This document shows positions 26,816 through 37,771 of a stretch of DNA of 64,000 nucleotides, piece after piece. The notes beneath the pieces were generated by a model. That model saw only the letters and a list, made by a program, of their open reading frames with translations. It made no database searches and was not told the origin of the DNA. Every line of letters begins with the position of its first letter. The first letter of the stretch is position 1. A program made the translations under genes and the position numbers. Origin of the DNA: Alphaproteobacteria bacterium (GTDB lineage Bacteria > Pseudomonadota > Alphaproteobacteria > UBA828 > JAPUJA01); contig CBDAPE010000015.1 of assembly GCA_965198325.1 (NCBI GenBank), positions 335,158 through 399,157 of the forward strand, given 5' to 3'.

Positions 26816-27697
26816 TCAGCGGGTGACAGGCATGTTGTCGATCAGCCGGACGACCCCGATATACGCGGCCACGAAGAGGCGCGCCGGGCGCGTCAGATCG
26901 CTTGCCGTCTCCAGGGTACGGGCGTCGCGCAGCTCGAGATAGTCGAGCCGGCCGATCCCCGCCGCCGCCAGCTCCGCCCGACCCCAGGCGAGCGTCGAAG
27001 CGACGTCTCCCTCGCCCGCGGTCAGGCGCCGCACGATCTCGTCCAGCGCCCGGGGCAGCGCGCCTGCCTGGACCCGCTCCGCGGCCGTCAGATGGGAATT
27101 GCGGGAGGACAGGGCGAGACCGTCCGCCTCGCGCACGGTCGGCACGGCGAGGATATCGACAGGTAACCCGAGATCGCGAACCATCCTGCGAACCACGAGG
27201 AGCTGCTGGTAATCCTTCTCGCCGAACAGGGCGATATCGGGGCCGCACTGGGTGAACAGCTTTGCAACGACGGTGGTCACGCCGTCGAAATGGCCAGGCC
27301 GGTGGATGCCACACAGGGGTTCACTCAGGCCGGGAACCGTGACGGTCGTCACAAAGCCGTCGGGATACATCGTCTCGACCGCGGGCGCGAACAGGAGGTC
27401 GACGCCCGCTGCGGCAAGCTGGGCGGTGTCCGCGGCTTCGGTCCTGGGGTAACCGGCGTAGTCCTCGCCTTCGCCGAACTGGGCGGGGTTGACGAACAGG
27501 CTGACGACGGTGCGATCCGCCCCCTGCATCGCCGCTTCGACCAGCGCCATGTGACCCGCATGCAGCCCGCCCATGGTGGGCACCAGGGCAATTCGCTCGC
27601 CGGCCGCACGCCAGCCCGCGACCGTGTTGCGCAGTTCGGCGATGCCGCGAACGAGCGTGAGCCCCGCGAGGGAGCCGGACGCAGGCTCAGGCGTCAT
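26816..27697 (-). CDS. panC: Pantoate--beta-alanine ligase
   Basis: LVPTMGGLHAGHMALV, the HxGH nucleotidyltransferase motif. Confidence 0.9.
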   Translation of the reverse strand: MTPEPASGSLAGLTLVRGIAELRNTVAGWRAAGERIALVPTMGGLHAGHMALVEAAMQGADRTVVSLFVNPAQFGEGEDYAGYPRTEAADTAQLAAAGVDLLFAPAVETMYPDGFVTTVTVPGLSEPLCGIHRPGHFDGVTTVVAKLFTQCGPDIALFGEKDYQQLLVVRRMVRDLGLPVDILAVPTVREADGLALSSRNSHLTAAERVQAGALPRALDEIVRRLTAGEGDVASTLAWGRAELAAAGIGRLDYLELRDARTLETASDLTRPARLFVAAYIGVVRLIDNMPVTR

Positions 27698-27709
27698 GGG
27701 ATTGGGGAA

Positions 27710-28561
27710 TCAGCCAGCCGAGCGGCCGGTGGGCGAGACCAGGCTGGGCGCGCCCGAGACGTGCTCGGGGCCCGGGAAACGGCGGGCGCGGACGTCTTCG
27801 GCGTAGACCCGGGCGGCGGCAGCAATGTCGTCATGCAGATTGGCGTACTGGCGAACGAAGCGCGGCACCCGGCCACCACCTAATCCCAGCATGTCCTCGG
27901 CGACGAGGATCTGGCCGTCGCAGGCGGGCGACGCGCCGATCCCGATGGTCGGAACCGCAAGCCGCGCGGTGATCGCGCGGGAGACCGGTTCGCGCGTGTT
28001 TTCCACGACGACGGCGAACGCGCCAGCCGCGGCGGCGGCTTCCGCGTCGGCGATGATTGCCGCCGCGCTCTCGGCGTCCTTGCCCTGCACCCTGAAGCCA
28101 CCGGCGACGTTGACCGACTGGGGCTTCAGGCCGACATGGCCCAGCACGGGAACACCGCGCTCGACTAAGAAGCGCACGCTCGGCGCCATCTCGACGCCGC
28201 CCTCGATCTTGACCGCCGCGCAGCCGGTTTCGGCCAGCGCGCGACCGGCGTTGCGGAAGGCCTGCTCGGGGCTTTCCTGATAACTGCCGAAGGGCATATC
28301 GATGACGACGCAGGCGGTCTTCGAGCCGCGCATGACCGCTTTGGTATGATTGATCATCATATCCAGGGTCACGCCGAGCGTCGTCTCGAGACCGTAGATC
28401 ACCATGCCGAGCGAATCGCCGACCAGCAGAAGATCGACGGCCGGATCCAGCGCGTCCGCCATGGGTGCCGTATAGGCGGTCAGGCAAACGACCGGTTCGG
28501 CCCGTTTGCGGGCGGTGATATCAGGCGGGGTGAGACGGCGGGTGCACGTGGTTTCGGCCAT
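27710..28561 (-). CDS. panB: 3-methyl-2-oxobutanoate hydroxymethyltransferase
   Basis: Start at [39 protein letters not shown] and VKIEGG motifs are present. The ORF track extends to 28672 with an Arg-rich leader. Confidence 0.85.
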   Translation of the reverse strand: MAETTCTRRLTPPDITARKRAEPVVCLTAYTAPMADALDPAVDLLLVGDSLGMVIYGLETTLGVTLDMMINHTKAVMRGSKTACVVIDMPFGSYQESPEQAFRNAGRALAETGCAAVKIEGGVEMAPSVRFLVERGVPVLGHVGLKPQSVNVAGGFRVQGKDAESAAAIIADAEAAAAAGAFAVVVENTREPVSRAITARLAVPTIGIGASPACDGQILVAEDMLGLGGGRVPRFVRQYANLHDDIAAAARVYAEDVRARRFPGPEHVSGAPSLVSPTGRSAG

Positions 28562-28782
28562 GATGCTTGAGACCCTCCCCTCGAAGTCGGCGCGCATGAC
28601 GTGCGAGCAACGACGTGGGATTGTCATCGAAGCCATCGCCGCTGTCCACCGGTTTCTGCTGCAACGCAACAAACTAAATATTTAATTTTTAATTTCATAT
28701 AGTTACACGTGACGCAAAAGCGTCTAACGGCAGAAAAGGGGATCAACCCAGGCACTGCGGCCGGAGCCCGGCCGGTTTCCGA

Positions 28783-29556
28783 TTAGTCGGCCGTATTGAG
28801 CAGTGCCGGGAGGTCGGCGATTGAATTCAAGCGGAAATCCGGATTGATCAGGGGATGGCTTTCGTCGGTTTCGCGAAATTTTCCGGTGCGCACCTGGACG
28901 GCGCGAAGCCCGGCGTTCTGGCCGCCGCCCACATCGCCCTCGATGTCGTCGCCGATCATCAGGGTTTCGCCGGCGCTCACATTCATGTCCGCGAGCGCGA
29001 ACTCGAAGAATGCCCTGGCAGGCTTGCCGACGATGCGGGCCTCAGTGTCGGCGGCGTATTCCAGCAAGGCCACGAACGGGCCCAGGTCGAGGATCAGATT
29101 CCGATCCTTCCGCCAGTAGCGATTCTTATGGAGCGCGATCAGCCGCGCGCCGCTGACCAGCATCGCGAAGAGCGAATTCAGCCGATCGAAATCGTAACCC
29201 GGGCCAAGATCGCCCATCACGACGGCGTCCGGTGCGTCGTCGACCAGCTCGAAGCCGACGAAATCCTCGGCCAGGGCCGGAACGGTCGCGAGATGGACGC
29301 GGCGCATGCCGGCCGCCTCCAAATCGCGGCGGGCCGCCAGCGGCGGGGAGAACACCTCGCCCGGCTCGACGGCGAAGCCCATCGCGTTCAGCCGCCCGAC
29401 GATGGCCGAGCGCGGCTTGGTCGTGGTGTTGGTCAGGAAGCGAACAGGGAGGCCGCGTGCGCGAACCTCGGCGATGACGTCAAGTGCGCCCGGGATCGGC
29501 ATGTCGCGCTGATAGAGCACACCTTCGAGATCGAACAGGATCGCACGGATGCTCAT
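28783..29556 (-). CDS. HAD-superfamily hydrolase, subfamily IIA
   Basis: MSIRAILFDLEGVLYQ carries the DxD motif I. ...LTNTTTK and ...GDDIEGDV motifs are also present. Confidence 0.75.
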   Translation of the reverse strand: MSIRAILFDLEGVLYQRDMPIPGALDVIAEVRARGLPVRFLTNTTTKPRSAIVGRLNAMGFAVEPGEVFSPPLAARRDLEAAGMRRVHLATVPALAEDFVGFELVDDAPDAVVMGDLGPGYDFDRLNSLFAMLVSGARLIALHKNRYWRKDRNLILDLGPFVALLEYAADTEARIVGKPARAFFEFALADMNVSAGETLMIGDDIEGDVGGGQNAGLRAVQVRTGKFRETDESHPLINPDFRLNSIADLPALLNTAD

Positions 29557-29595
29557 GGTCGAGACGCCTTCCTGTTCCGCGCACCGCGCCACCGT

Positions 29596-29913
29596 TCAAT
29601 TGGCCGGACGCACAGGCCGGTAGTGCCCGTCTTCGAAGCCGGAAAACAGCTCGTCGATCGCCCCATGGCGGATCGGCTCGCCGCTGTCGTCGGGCTCGAG
29701 GTTGCGTTCGGCCACGTAGGTCGTGTGGCTCGCGTCGTGAACCAGCACATGGTACCAGGGCGCATCCTTGGGCGGGCGCGAGCGGGCCATCGCCTCGTAC
29801 CACTCCTCGCTGCCGGAAAACACCGGATCGACGTCGAAGCAGACGCCGCGATAGTCGAACAGCTTGTGATGCACGAGCTGGCCGACCTGGAATTTGGCGC
29901 GCGCCTCGCTCAT
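29596..29913 (-). CDS. hspQ: Heat-shock protein HspQ (YccV-like hemimethylated-DNA-binding domain)
   Basis: MSEARAKFQVGQLVHHKLFDYRGVCFDVDPVF...WYHVLV. Confidence 0.8.
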   Translation of the reverse strand: MSEARAKFQVGQLVHHKLFDYRGVCFDVDPVFSGSEEWYEAMARSRPPKDAPWYHVLVHDASHTTYVAERNLEPDDSGEPIRHGAIDELFSGFEDGHYRPVRPAN

Positions 29914-30404
29914 TGTCTACGTCCGGCCCCGGCAAGCGCCGCTTCGATGGTGCCGACGACCACATCGTCGAGAGGTTCGATGCTGGACGGCCAGAGCTCG
30001 ACGAGTTCGCCATCCGCGCCGATCAGGTATTTGTGGAAATTCCATTCGGGGCTCGCCGCCTCGCCGACGCTCTCGACGATCCAGCGATAAAGCGGGTGGG
30101 CGTCGCCGCCGATCACCGGCTCCTTGGCGGTCATCGGGAACCCGACGCCGTAGGTGGTCTCGCAAAACGTCTTGATCGCCGCCTCGTCGCCGGGCTCCTG
30201 GGCGCCGAAATCGTTCGACGGCACGCCAAGCACGATCAGGCCGCGGTCGCGATATCGCTCCCAAAGCGCCTGCAGGCCTTCATATTGCGGCGTATAGCCA
30301 CATTCGGACGCGGTATTGACCAGGAGGATCGGATGGCCGGCGAAATCGCTCAAGGGCAACGGATCGCCGTCGATCGTGCGAAATGCGAAGTCGTGAGCGG
30401 ACAT
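29910..30404 (-). CDS. gpx: Glutathione peroxidase
   Basis: MSAHDFAFRTIDGDPLPLSDFAGHPILLVNTASECGYTPQYEGL...WNFHKYLI. There is a 4-bp overlap with hspQ. Confidence 0.85.
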   Translation of the reverse strand: MSAHDFAFRTIDGDPLPLSDFAGHPILLVNTASECGYTPQYEGLQALWERYRDRGLIVLGVPSNDFGAQEPGDEAAIKTFCETTYGVGFPMTAKEPVIGGDAHPLYRWIVESVGEAASPEWNFHKYLIGADGELVELWPSSIEPLDDVVVGTIEAALAGAGRRQ

Positions 30405-30586
30405 GGTGGTGCGTCCCGACCAGTTCTGAACCGAAGCCAAGTCTAGCCCGAATCGCCGCGCGTTTCGATCTCACCGGCGCGCCTGCCGAGAATGGCGCCG
30501 GGCGTGCCCGGTACAAGAGACCCCACTCGCACGGCAATCCTTCACACAACGCGAACGGCGGCGCAATTCGCGTCCCGATACCCGGA

Positions 30587-31042
30587 TCAGGTCGGCCCGT
30601 CGGCGGCGGCGGGCAACAGATAAACCCCGGCGATGCGCCACTCGCCGCCGGCCTGGCGCTCCATGATGTAGTGCGCCGTCACCAGCAGGCCGTCCGGGCC
30701 GACCAGGAAGACCTTTTGCACGGGCAGGCGGCTTTCCGGCGCCAGGATCTCTCCGAACGCTACCTTCCGGGGCCGGTAGACCGCCTGATACGCGTCACGC
30801 ACCATGCGCATGAAGTTTGCGACATCGCCGAATCGCTCGCGAATCAGCGGTGCTGCAAACGCAAAAGCCGCCTCGCCGTCGTCTCGCTGGAATGCCTCGA
30901 GCTGGCCGCTGATGACGGCCTGGATGGCCTGACTATCCTCGGGGCCGACCACTCTGTCCTGTGCCCGCGTTGGCGAAGGGGATGCGAGAGCGATCAGGAG
31001 CAGGACAATCGACAGCGCGGCAAAGGGGATGGAGCGGTTCAT
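30587..31042 (-). CDS. Secreted DUF4864-like protein
   Basis: Signal peptide plus ...DSQAIQAVISGQLEAFQRDDGEAAFAFAAPLIRERFGDVANFMRMVRDAYQAVYRPRKV... Confidence 0.5.
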   Translation of the reverse strand: MNRSIPFAALSIVLLLIALASPSPTRAQDRVVGPEDSQAIQAVISGQLEAFQRDDGEAAFAFAAPLIRERFGDVANFMRMVRDAYQAVYRPRKVAFGEILAPESRLPVQKVFLVGPDGLLVTAHYIMERQAGGEWRIAGVYLLPAAADGPT

Positions 31043-31161
31043 GGCAGCAGACCTCGCGATCGAGCGACAGGCGTTCGACGCCCGTCGCTCCCACTATAGT
31101 CTTGATGGCCCAGCGCTTCCGGTGATGGGCGCCACAGGCCGGCGCTCGATTGATGGAAAGA

Positions 31162-31238
31162 TGGTCGGAGCGGCGGGATTCGAACCCACGACCCCTTGTC
31201 CCCCAGACAAGTGCGCTACCAGACTGCGCCACGCTCCG
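31162..31238 (-). tRNA. tRNA-Pro (anticodon GGG)
   Basis: The reverse complement folds as a canonical cloverleaf: CGGAGCG-TG-GCGC-AGTCTGGTA-GCGC-A-CTTGT-CTGGGGG-ACAAG-GGGTC-GTGGG-TTCGAAT-CCCGC-CGCTCCG-A-CCA. Confidence 0.9.
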
Positions 31239-31345
31239 AAGATCGCGCCGGCACTATAGCCGCCTGCTACAATCGCGACAACGGGCCGGGTGAATACCCG
31301 TAGGAGCCTTCACGCTGAGCCACTCGATCGGATTATTTCGTTCGA

Positions 31346-31825
31346 TCAAACACGCCCGCGAAGCATGTCGCGCAGCTCGCCCAGCTCGTCGGCCAGCGTA
31401 CTCAACTGCTCGCGCTGCTCCGGGCTGAGGTTCGCCGGCGGGGACGCCGGCGAGGACGCCGGAGCGGACGCGGCCTTGGCCGGTTCGGAGGCTGCGGCGG
31501 CCCGTGCGGGCACGGCCGCGGGCGGTGCGCTCGATGCGCCCTCGGACAGCTTGCCGCCACTCTCGCGCAGCAGCTTCTGCACGCCCTTGATCGTGTAGCC
31601 CTCGACGTAGAGCAGCGAGCGGATACGCCGGAGCAAGGCGATATCCTCCGGCCGGTAGTAGCGTCGCCCGCCGCCGCGCTTGAGCGGCTTGATCTGCGTG
31701 AACTTGCTTTCCCAGAATCGCAGGACGTGCTGGGGAACGTCGAGTTCCTCGGAGACTTCCCGGATGGTTCGAAAGGCGTCGGGCGCTTTGCCCGTGCTGC
31801 CCCCGGAGGTTCCCGATGTCGCCAC
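31346..31825 (-). CDS. MerR-family transcriptional regulator (conserved ihfA neighbour)
   Basis: The HTH is [25 protein letters not shown]...[17 protein letters not shown]. The C-terminus is Ala/Pro-rich. Confidence 0.8.
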   Translation of the reverse strand: MATSGTSGGSTGKAPDAFRTIREVSEELDVPQHVLRFWESKFTQIKPLKRGGGRRYYRPEDIALLRRIRSLLYVEGYTIKGVQKLLRESGGKLSEGASSAPPAAVPARAAAASEPAKAASAPASSPASPPANLSPEQREQLSTLADELGELRDMLRGRV

Positions 31826-31837
31826 GGTCGACGGCCG

Positions 31838-32164
31838 CTAAGCTTCTGGCCGGTCGCCCCTTGGGGCGCTGAGCGATTGGGCGATCAAGTCCTTGAGAAC
31901 ATGGGAGGCCCGAAAGACCAGGACGCGGCGGGGCGGGATCGGGACCTCCTCACCGGTTTTCGGATTGCGACCCATGCGCTGGCCCTTGCCGCGCACGGAA
32001 AAACTTCCGAACGACGAGATCTTAACCGTATCGCCCCGGGTCAGGCTGCCGACCATGAGATCGAGCACGGAATCGACGAGCTTCATGGAGTCGTTGCGCG
32101 AAAGCCCGACTTCAAGAAACACCGCTTCACCCAAATGCGCCCGGGTCACCGTCTTGCCGGCCAT
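31838..32164 (-). CDS. ihfA: Integration host factor subunit alpha
   Basis: [41 protein letters not shown]...[23 protein letters not shown]. Confidence 0.9.
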   Translation of the reverse strand: MAGKTVTRAHLGEAVFLEVGLSRNDSMKLVDSVLDLMVGSLTRGDTVKISSFGSFSVRGKGQRMGRNPKTGEEVPIPPRRVLVFRASHVLKDLIAQSLSAPRGDRPEA

Positions 32165-32461
32165 TTTTCGGCCTGATCTCCCATTTCCGAACGGGACGAC
32201 GGTACAGCGCCCGGATCAGGGCGTCAATATCAAAGGATTTCAATGCCTTCCGCGAAATCGTCGAGTCAAGAAGAAAGAATTCGGCCGGGGAACGCCTCGC
32301 ACGGGCAGCGGATCTTCGCGAATTCCCACCGGGCGAAACCGACCGCGACCGCGGCCCCGCTCTCCAGAACAGAATCGGCCGAACCCGCGGGTATTAAGAA
32401 CCCTCTATACTACGATTGCGAGAAACCCGGGGTGCGAATGATCGCTGACCGGCAGCAGAAC

Positions 32462-33433
32462 CTAGAGACGGATCACCCCCGCACCCCAGGTAAAGCCGCC
32501 GCCCATCGCTTCCACGACGATCACCTGGCCCGGCGTGATGCGACCGTCTTCCACGGCTTCGGCCAAGGCAAGGGGAATCGACGCCGCCGAGGTGTTGGCG
32601 TGCCGGTCGACGGTGACGATCATCTTCTCCGCAGGCAGGCCAAGGCGACGGGCTGTTGCGTCGAGAATTCTTTTGTTGGCCTGGTGGGGAACAAGCCAGT
32701 CGACGTCCGCGGGCACAATGCCCGCCGCTTCCAGCGCCTCTTCGGTCACGGCCGCAAGATTGACCACCGCATGGCGGAATACCTCGCGCCCCGCCATTCG
32801 CAGATGGCCGGTGGACTGCGTCGAGGAGACGCCGCCATCAACGTAAAGCAAGTCCCGATGTCGACCGTCGGAATGGATGCAGGTGGCGAGAATGCCCCGG
32901 TCGGAAGCCGATTGCTCGCCCTCTTCGGCCCGCAGCACGACTGCACCAGCGCCGTCGCCGAACAGGACGCAGGTTGCGCGATCGTCCCAGTCGAGAATTC
33001 GGGAGAAGGTTTCCGCGCCGATCACCAGCGCGGTACCGGCCGCATCGGCCTTCAGGAAGTTATCGGCCGTGGCCAGTGCGAATACGAACCCGGCGCATAC
33101 GGCCTGAACATCGAAGGCAGCGCCGGCGGACATGCCAAGTTTGGCCTGAACCCGAGTGGCGGTCGCCGGGAACGTGTCGTCCGGGGTCGACGTGGCGACG
33201 ACGACCAGATCGATATCTTCGGCGCCGAGCCCGGCGCGTTCAAGCGCCGCCTCAGCCGCCTTGAGCGCCAGATCCGAGGTAAATTCGCCAGCGTCGGCGA
33301 TATGGCGTTCCCGAATCCCGGTTCGTTCGACGATCCATTCGTCCGAGGTATCGACCCTGGCGGCAAGGTCGTCGTTGGTGAGAATCTGCTCGGGGAGATA
33401 GCTCCCGCAACCGATGACGCAGGAGCGGCGCAT
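32462..33433 (-). CDS. fabH: 3-oxoacyl-ACP synthase III
   Basis: A Cys-His-Asn triad context is present: [10 protein letters not shown]...VPHQANKRI...GGGFTWGA. Confidence 0.9.
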   Translation of the reverse strand: MRRSCVIGCGSYLPEQILTNDDLAARVDTSDEWIVERTGIRERHIADAGEFTSDLALKAAEAALERAGLGAEDIDLVVVATSTPDDTFPATATRVQAKLGMSAGAAFDVQAVCAGFVFALATADNFLKADAAGTALVIGAETFSRILDWDDRATCVLFGDGAGAVVLRAEEGEQSASDRGILATCIHSDGRHRDLLYVDGGVSSTQSTGHLRMAGREVFRHAVVNLAAVTEEALEAAGIVPADVDWLVPHQANKRILDATARRLGLPAEKMIVTVDRHANTSAASIPLALAEAVEDGRITPGQVIVVEAMGGGFTWGAGVIRL

Positions 33434-33435
33434 CC

Positions 33436-34485
33436 TCAGACGGCAACCGTCTTGGGCTCGGGCGCGCGGTCGGCGTGAAGCCGATGGAGTTCGTCGATGA
33501 TCTTCGTATTGAAACCCTGGCTGACCATGTCGACGGCAACGCCGATGGCGCTCGCGAAGCCCTTGTGGTCCGTGCCGCCATGGCTTTTGACCACAACGCC
33601 GTTCAGCCCCAACAGGGTCGCTCCGTTGTAGCGCCGTGGATCGATCCGGTTGCGCAAACTGCGAAGCGCGGGCCGCGCCAGAAAATAGCCGAAGCGCGAA
33701 ACGATCGACCGGCGAAACGCGCCACGCAGATATTCCGTGAACAGCACCGCGACACCCTCTGCGGTCTTCAGGGCCACATTGCCGGTGAAGCCGTCGGTGA
33801 CGATAACATCGACGGTGCCCTCGGGAATATCGTTACCTTCGACGAAGCCGTGAAACTCGATAGGCAATTCCCAGCCGCGCAACGTGGTGGCCGCCTCTTG
33901 CAGGCGCTCGGTTCCCTTGAGTTCCTCCTGCCCGACATTGAGCAAACCGATGGTAGGGTTGGTCCGACCCAGAACGGTTCGCGCGAATACCTCGCCCATG
34001 ACCGCAAACTCGACCAGATTGTTGGCGTCGCACTCGATATTCGCCCCCAAATCGAGCATAACGCTCTCACCCCGTTGGGTCGGAAAGATCGAGGCGAAGG
34101 CCGGTCGCGATATGCCCGGCATCGTCTTGAGCACGACTTTGGCAAGCGCCATGAGCGCGCCGGTGTTGCCCGCCGACACAATCCCGGCGGCTTCGCCCTC
34201 ATGAACCGCGTCGACGGCGCGCCGCATGCTCGAACCGCGGAGTTGGCGTAGGGCAACCGACGGCTTTTCGTGCGCCTCGACCACTTCCTCGGTGTGGCGC
34301 ACCTCGCTCACGGCCGCGAGCCGCTTGAAACGGCTCAGCGTCGGCTCAAGCTTCCGGCGATCGCCGAACAATAGAAAGTGGAGTTCGGGATGGCGTACCC
34401 GTGCGAGATTGGCGCCGCGGATCACAACACCGGGTGCGAAGTCGCCTCCCATCGCATCGAGCGCCAAGACGATATCGTCAGCCAT
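33436..34485 (-). CDS. plsX: Phosphate acyltransferase
   Basis: [22 protein letters not shown]... Confidence 0.9.
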   Translation of the reverse strand: MADDIVLALDAMGGDFAPGVVIRGANLARVRHPELHFLLFGDRRKLEPTLSRFKRLAAVSEVRHTEEVVEAHEKPSVALRQLRGSSMRRAVDAVHEGEAAGIVSAGNTGALMALAKVVLKTMPGISRPAFASIFPTQRGESVMLDLGANIECDANNLVEFAVMGEVFARTVLGRTNPTIGLLNVGQEELKGTERLQEAATTLRGWELPIEFHGFVEGNDIPEGTVDVIVTDGFTGNVALKTAEGVAVLFTEYLRGAFRRSIVSRFGYFLARPALRSLRNRIDPRRYNGATLLGLNGVVVKSHGGTDHKGFASAIGVAVDMVSQGFNTKIIDELHRLHADRAPEPKTVAV

Positions 34486-34517
34486 GATTGACAGCTCCCC
34501 GCGCCAGCTTGGACGGA

Positions 34518-34703
34518 TTACGCAGCGCCCTCGGCCTCAACGATTTCGCGGCCGTCATAATGGCCGCACGCCTTGCACACATGATGCGGGAGCTTGAGTT
34601 CACCGCAGTTCGGACACTCGTTCGATCCCGTCATTGCCAGCCGATCATGCGACCGGCGCACGTCGCGTCGCGCCTTGGAGGTTTTTCTCTTTGGTACCGC
34701 CAT
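34518..34703 (-). CDS. rpmF: 50S ribosomal protein L32
   Basis: [22 protein letters not shown]...[20 protein letters not shown]. Confidence 0.9.
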   Translation of the reverse strand: MAVPKRKTSKARRDVRRSHDRLAMTGSNECPNCGELKLPHHVCKACGHYDGREIVEAEGAA

Positions 34704-34801
34704 CGACCCGTTTCCTTCTTTTGCACGTCGAAGCTCCCCGCTCCGAAGCCATCAGTCTACCGTCTTCGCGCAGCCGCAGTGACCCACAGATTTACTCACT
34801 C

Positions 34802-35398
34802 TTACCCGGAACCGTCGGTCTCGCGCAACCGCGCAAATGGGTTCGTCGTTTCGCCCCGATCGACCGATCGGTTGCTCGACGACTCTTGGTCGAGCGCTGC
34901 GCCGGGTGCGCGCGGATAGGGATCAAGCACCAGCGCCAGATGCTCGGCAACGACTTCGCCAATGTCGATGGCGTCGCCCACGAGCGGCTCCGGCGGGTCG
35001 TTCGCGTCAACAACGATGTCAACCGTCGCCGCCTCGTCGCTTTCGACCGCCGGCGCAAAGACCAGCGCGACCGAGTTGTCGAGGTGGGTCGCGACGGGTT
35101 CGAGGGTAACGACACAGGTCTGGACCACATCGGCGCTCACGTCGCCCTGCACGATCACTGAACCCGGTAACGGGCCGCAGCGCAACCGGAGCCGTGCATC
35201 GAGCGACTCGACTGCGCACAGGTCAAAGCGGTCCGCCAGGGCGGCGCGCTCGACGGCATCGGCACTTATCTCTACGATTCGCTCGGCGCTTTCGATGTCT
35301 GCAACCGGGACACACCGCGAAAATTCGGGCGTCGGCTCGGATTGAATCACGGGCTTCTCGCTGATCGATGAGGATGGACCGGTCCCGTCGGGCAACAC
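34802..35398 (-). CDS. yceD: YceD/DUF177 family protein. The start is uncertain: TTG at 35398, with an alternative GTG at 35350.
   Basis: PEFSRCVPVADIESAERIVEISADAVERAALADRFDL... It sits in the conserved position upstream of rpmF-plsX. Confidence 0.65.
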   Translation of the reverse strand: MLPDGTGPSSSISEKPVIQSEPTPEFSRCVPVADIESAERIVEISADAVERAALADRFDLCAVESLDARLRLRCGPLPGSVIVQGDVSADVVQTCVVTLEPVATHLDNSVALVFAPAVESDEAATVDIVVDANDPPEPLVGDAIDIGEVVAEHLALVLDPYPRAPGAALDQESSSNRSVDRGETTNPFARLRETDGSG

Positions 35399-35440
35399 CC
35401 CGCCGAGACGGCGCCTCGACGGCGCCGGATCAATGCTTTT

Positions 35441-36016
35441 TCAGGCCCCTTCGGGAGCCGCATCAACGCCCGGCACGGGCAGAAAATTGATCCGGCCCGC
35501 GAGCAGTCGCACGCCCGACTGCGCCGCTAGATCGTCGGCCTGGACCCGGACGTAAGCCGCGAGACGCCGGACGTCTTCGGCATGGGGCTCGCGAGCGCTG
35601 TAGAGATTGCGCGTCAGCGCGCGTACGAGCGTGGTTTCGCCTTCATCCAAACCCTTCTCGTAGGCGGAAATTCGGCCGTAGAACGCGCTCGCCATCGCCT
35701 TGACCTTCTTGCCCACAGACAAATCACCGACGCCCATCTCACGGAGGTCCTGATCCATATAGTCGAACATCACATCGAAAAGCTTCTGGGCAAGGGCCGC
35801 ACCGCCGTCGCCCTCATCGCGCAGCCGACGGAGCACGAGGAAGACGTGGAGCGCGATCATGTCGAACCGCCCATCGACCGTATCCGGCGCGCCGTATATC
35901 GTATAAAAGCCCGGCTGACGGGCCTGGCCCACCACGGCGAGATACAGCGCCTCGGCCGGTTCACGCCACCGGGACCGACGAAAAAGACGATCGATGATCA
36001 TTCGAATCATGTCCAA
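35441..36016 (-). CDS. Ubiquinol-cytochrome c chaperone family protein (Cbp3-like)
   Basis: IIDRLFRRSRWREPAEALYLAVVGQARQPGFYTIYGAPDTVDGRFDMIALHVFLVLRRL. Confidence 0.65.
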   Translation of the reverse strand: MDMIRMIIDRLFRRSRWREPAEALYLAVVGQARQPGFYTIYGAPDTVDGRFDMIALHVFLVLRRLRDEGDGGAALAQKLFDVMFDYMDQDLREMGVGDLSVGKKVKAMASAFYGRISAYEKGLDEGETTLVRALTRNLYSAREPHAEDVRRLAAYVRVQADDLAAQSGVRLLAGRINFLPVPGVDAAPEGA

Positions 36017-36119
36017 TTTTTGCGATAATCACTTTTCAGGCGCCCCCGGACGCCTTACCTAAGAACCCAAGCAAGCTAGGGACCCCGATCCCGCCCGTCA
36101 ACGATTGGAACCCATCTCG

Positions 36120-36620
36120 ATGACCTCGCCTGCTTCGACCCTACGCCGCGTCCGTGGCCTCAGCGCCGTCGGTGCAATTATCCTGCTCGGCACCAGCCTG
36201 CTGGCCTGCGCCCCGGCCGTGGAAACCCACGGCTTCGTGCCCAAGCCCGAGGCGTTTCAGGAGATCGAGATTGGCGTGACCACCGAGGATCAGGTCTGGA
36301 CGCTGCTCGGCACCCCGACCAGCCGGTCGACGATCGATGAACGGCGCTGGTACTACGTCACGCGTATAACGGAGCGCCTGGCGTTCTACGACCCCGATTT
36401 TATAGACGGTGCGGTCATCGTCGTCGAATTCGACGAGAGCGGCACCGTGAGCAATCTGGGCTTGCGGCGCCTCGACGAAGGCACGGAAATCGTCTTCGTC
36501 GACCGCCAGACACCGACCCAAGGCAGGGATCTTGGGATTCTCGAACAGTTGTTCGGCAATCTCGGCCGCTTCGAACGTGGCTCGGAAGTGCCTCCGGGGG
36601 GGAGGCGTTTCGATAACTAG
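36120..36620 (+). CDS. bamE: Outer-membrane protein assembly factor BamE (SmpA/OmlA)
   Basis: The lipoprotein signal is ...LLGTSLLAC. The BamE domain is GFVPKPEAFQEIEIGVTTEDQVWTLLGTPT. The stop TAG at 36618-36620 abuts the IS630 end. Confidence 0.8.
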   Translation: MTSPASTLRRVRGLSAVGAIILLGTSLLACAPAVETHGFVPKPEAFQEIEIGVTTEDQVWTLLGTPTSRSTIDERRWYYVTRITERLAFYDPDFIDGAVIVVEFDESGTVSNLGLRRLDEGTEIVFVDRQTPTQGRDLGILEQLFGNLGRFERGSEVPPGGRRFDN

Positions 36621-37675
36621 AGCGTTTTCCGATCATTCGCAGTCATATCCAGCGGCGGCGAAGTAGTTTTGGCATTCTTTTGGTGTGAAGGTCTCGATAC
36701 CGTGTGCGATGGCGTCGCAGAGATCGTCGACGGTTCGGGCGGCGGTCTTTTTGAGGGAGGCCTTGAGCTTTGAAAAGGCCATCTCGATGGGATTGAAGTC
36801 TGGGGAATAGGGCGGCAGGAAGTGCAGGTCGGCACCGGTGGCTTCAATGGCGTGGCGCACGGCGAGGGGTTTGTGCGCGGGCAAATTATCCATGATGACG
36901 ATGTCTCCGGGCGACAGCGTCGGTGCGAGGACCTGCTCCACATAGGCCAGGAAGGCGGCGCCGTGCATGGCGCCGTCGAGGATCATGGGCGCGGTTATCC
37001 CCTCCAGCCTGAGTGCGCCGACGAAGGTCGTCGTCTTCCAATGCCCATGGGGTACCGGCGCCCGGCAGCGTTCGCCGCGAGGCGAGCGACCATAACGCCG
37101 GGCCATCTTGGTCGAGGCGCCGGTCGCGTCGATGAATACCAGTCGCTTCGGTTCCAGATCGGGCTGGGCCTCGAACCAGACCCGCCGCCGACGCAGAACA
37201 TCAGCCCGCTGCTGTTCGCTGGCGTGCGCGGTTTTTTTTGAATGTCATGCCGCGCCGGTCAAGCAGACGCCAGACGGTGCTTTGGGCAACCTTCAGCCCA
37301 TGCGCCTGATCCAGATGCCCGGCGATCTCGACCAGGGTGATGTCCGGCGTTTCCTTAATCAGAGCCAGGATTTCCTCGGCATGGGCTTCAATCCGGTGCG
37401 AGCGATAATCCCCGCCCTGCCGACGGGGCCGAACATGGCCCGTCTGTCGCCACTGATCGACCCACTTGATAGCCGTCGATGCGGCGACCCCGAACCGTTC
37501 CGCCGCAGAACGACGCGACATCCCGCATTCAACCGCTGATATCAGCCGTTCCCGCAAATCAATCGAAAGAGGTTTCGTCATGCAGGCTGGCCTCCTTCAC
37601 CAGCCCACATCTTGAATCACAATCCCCGACCCATGGGAATCCCCTGAGATTCAATCAGGTCAGAAAACGCTCTAG
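36618..37675 (-). mobile_element. IS630-family insertion sequence (about 1.06 kb) with 12-bp perfect terminal inverted repeats and flanking TA
   Basis: Left end: TA|GAGCGTTTTCC (36618...). Right end: GGAAAACGCTC|TA (...37674). The TIR is TAGAGCGTTTTC. It is inserted at the bamE stop codon. Confidence 0.8.
36633..37581 (-). CDS. IS630-family transposase, split into orfA (37201-37581, HTH) and orfB (36633-37106, DDE) by a frame change in an A8 run
   Basis: orfA is [41 protein letters not shown] with an AAGGAGG RBS. The A8 tract is at 37232-37239. The fused frame reads ...[61 protein letters not shown]...DNLPAHK...YSPDFNPIE, about 340 aa total. Confidence 0.75.
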
Positions 37676-37771
37676 AGGATGGGCCCGATCATGGGGCTCC
37701 GGGCCGGGGCAAGAAATAAAGCCCCGCGGGCGACGGCCAGCAGGGCTTTCGGGTGGTCACTTGCGCGGCGC

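Noticed and set aside
31162-31238. tRNA-Pro as an integration site for a genomic island
   Set aside because: No integrase gene, direct repeat of the tRNA 3' end or compositional shift flanks the tRNA. The neighbours are conserved housekeeping genes.
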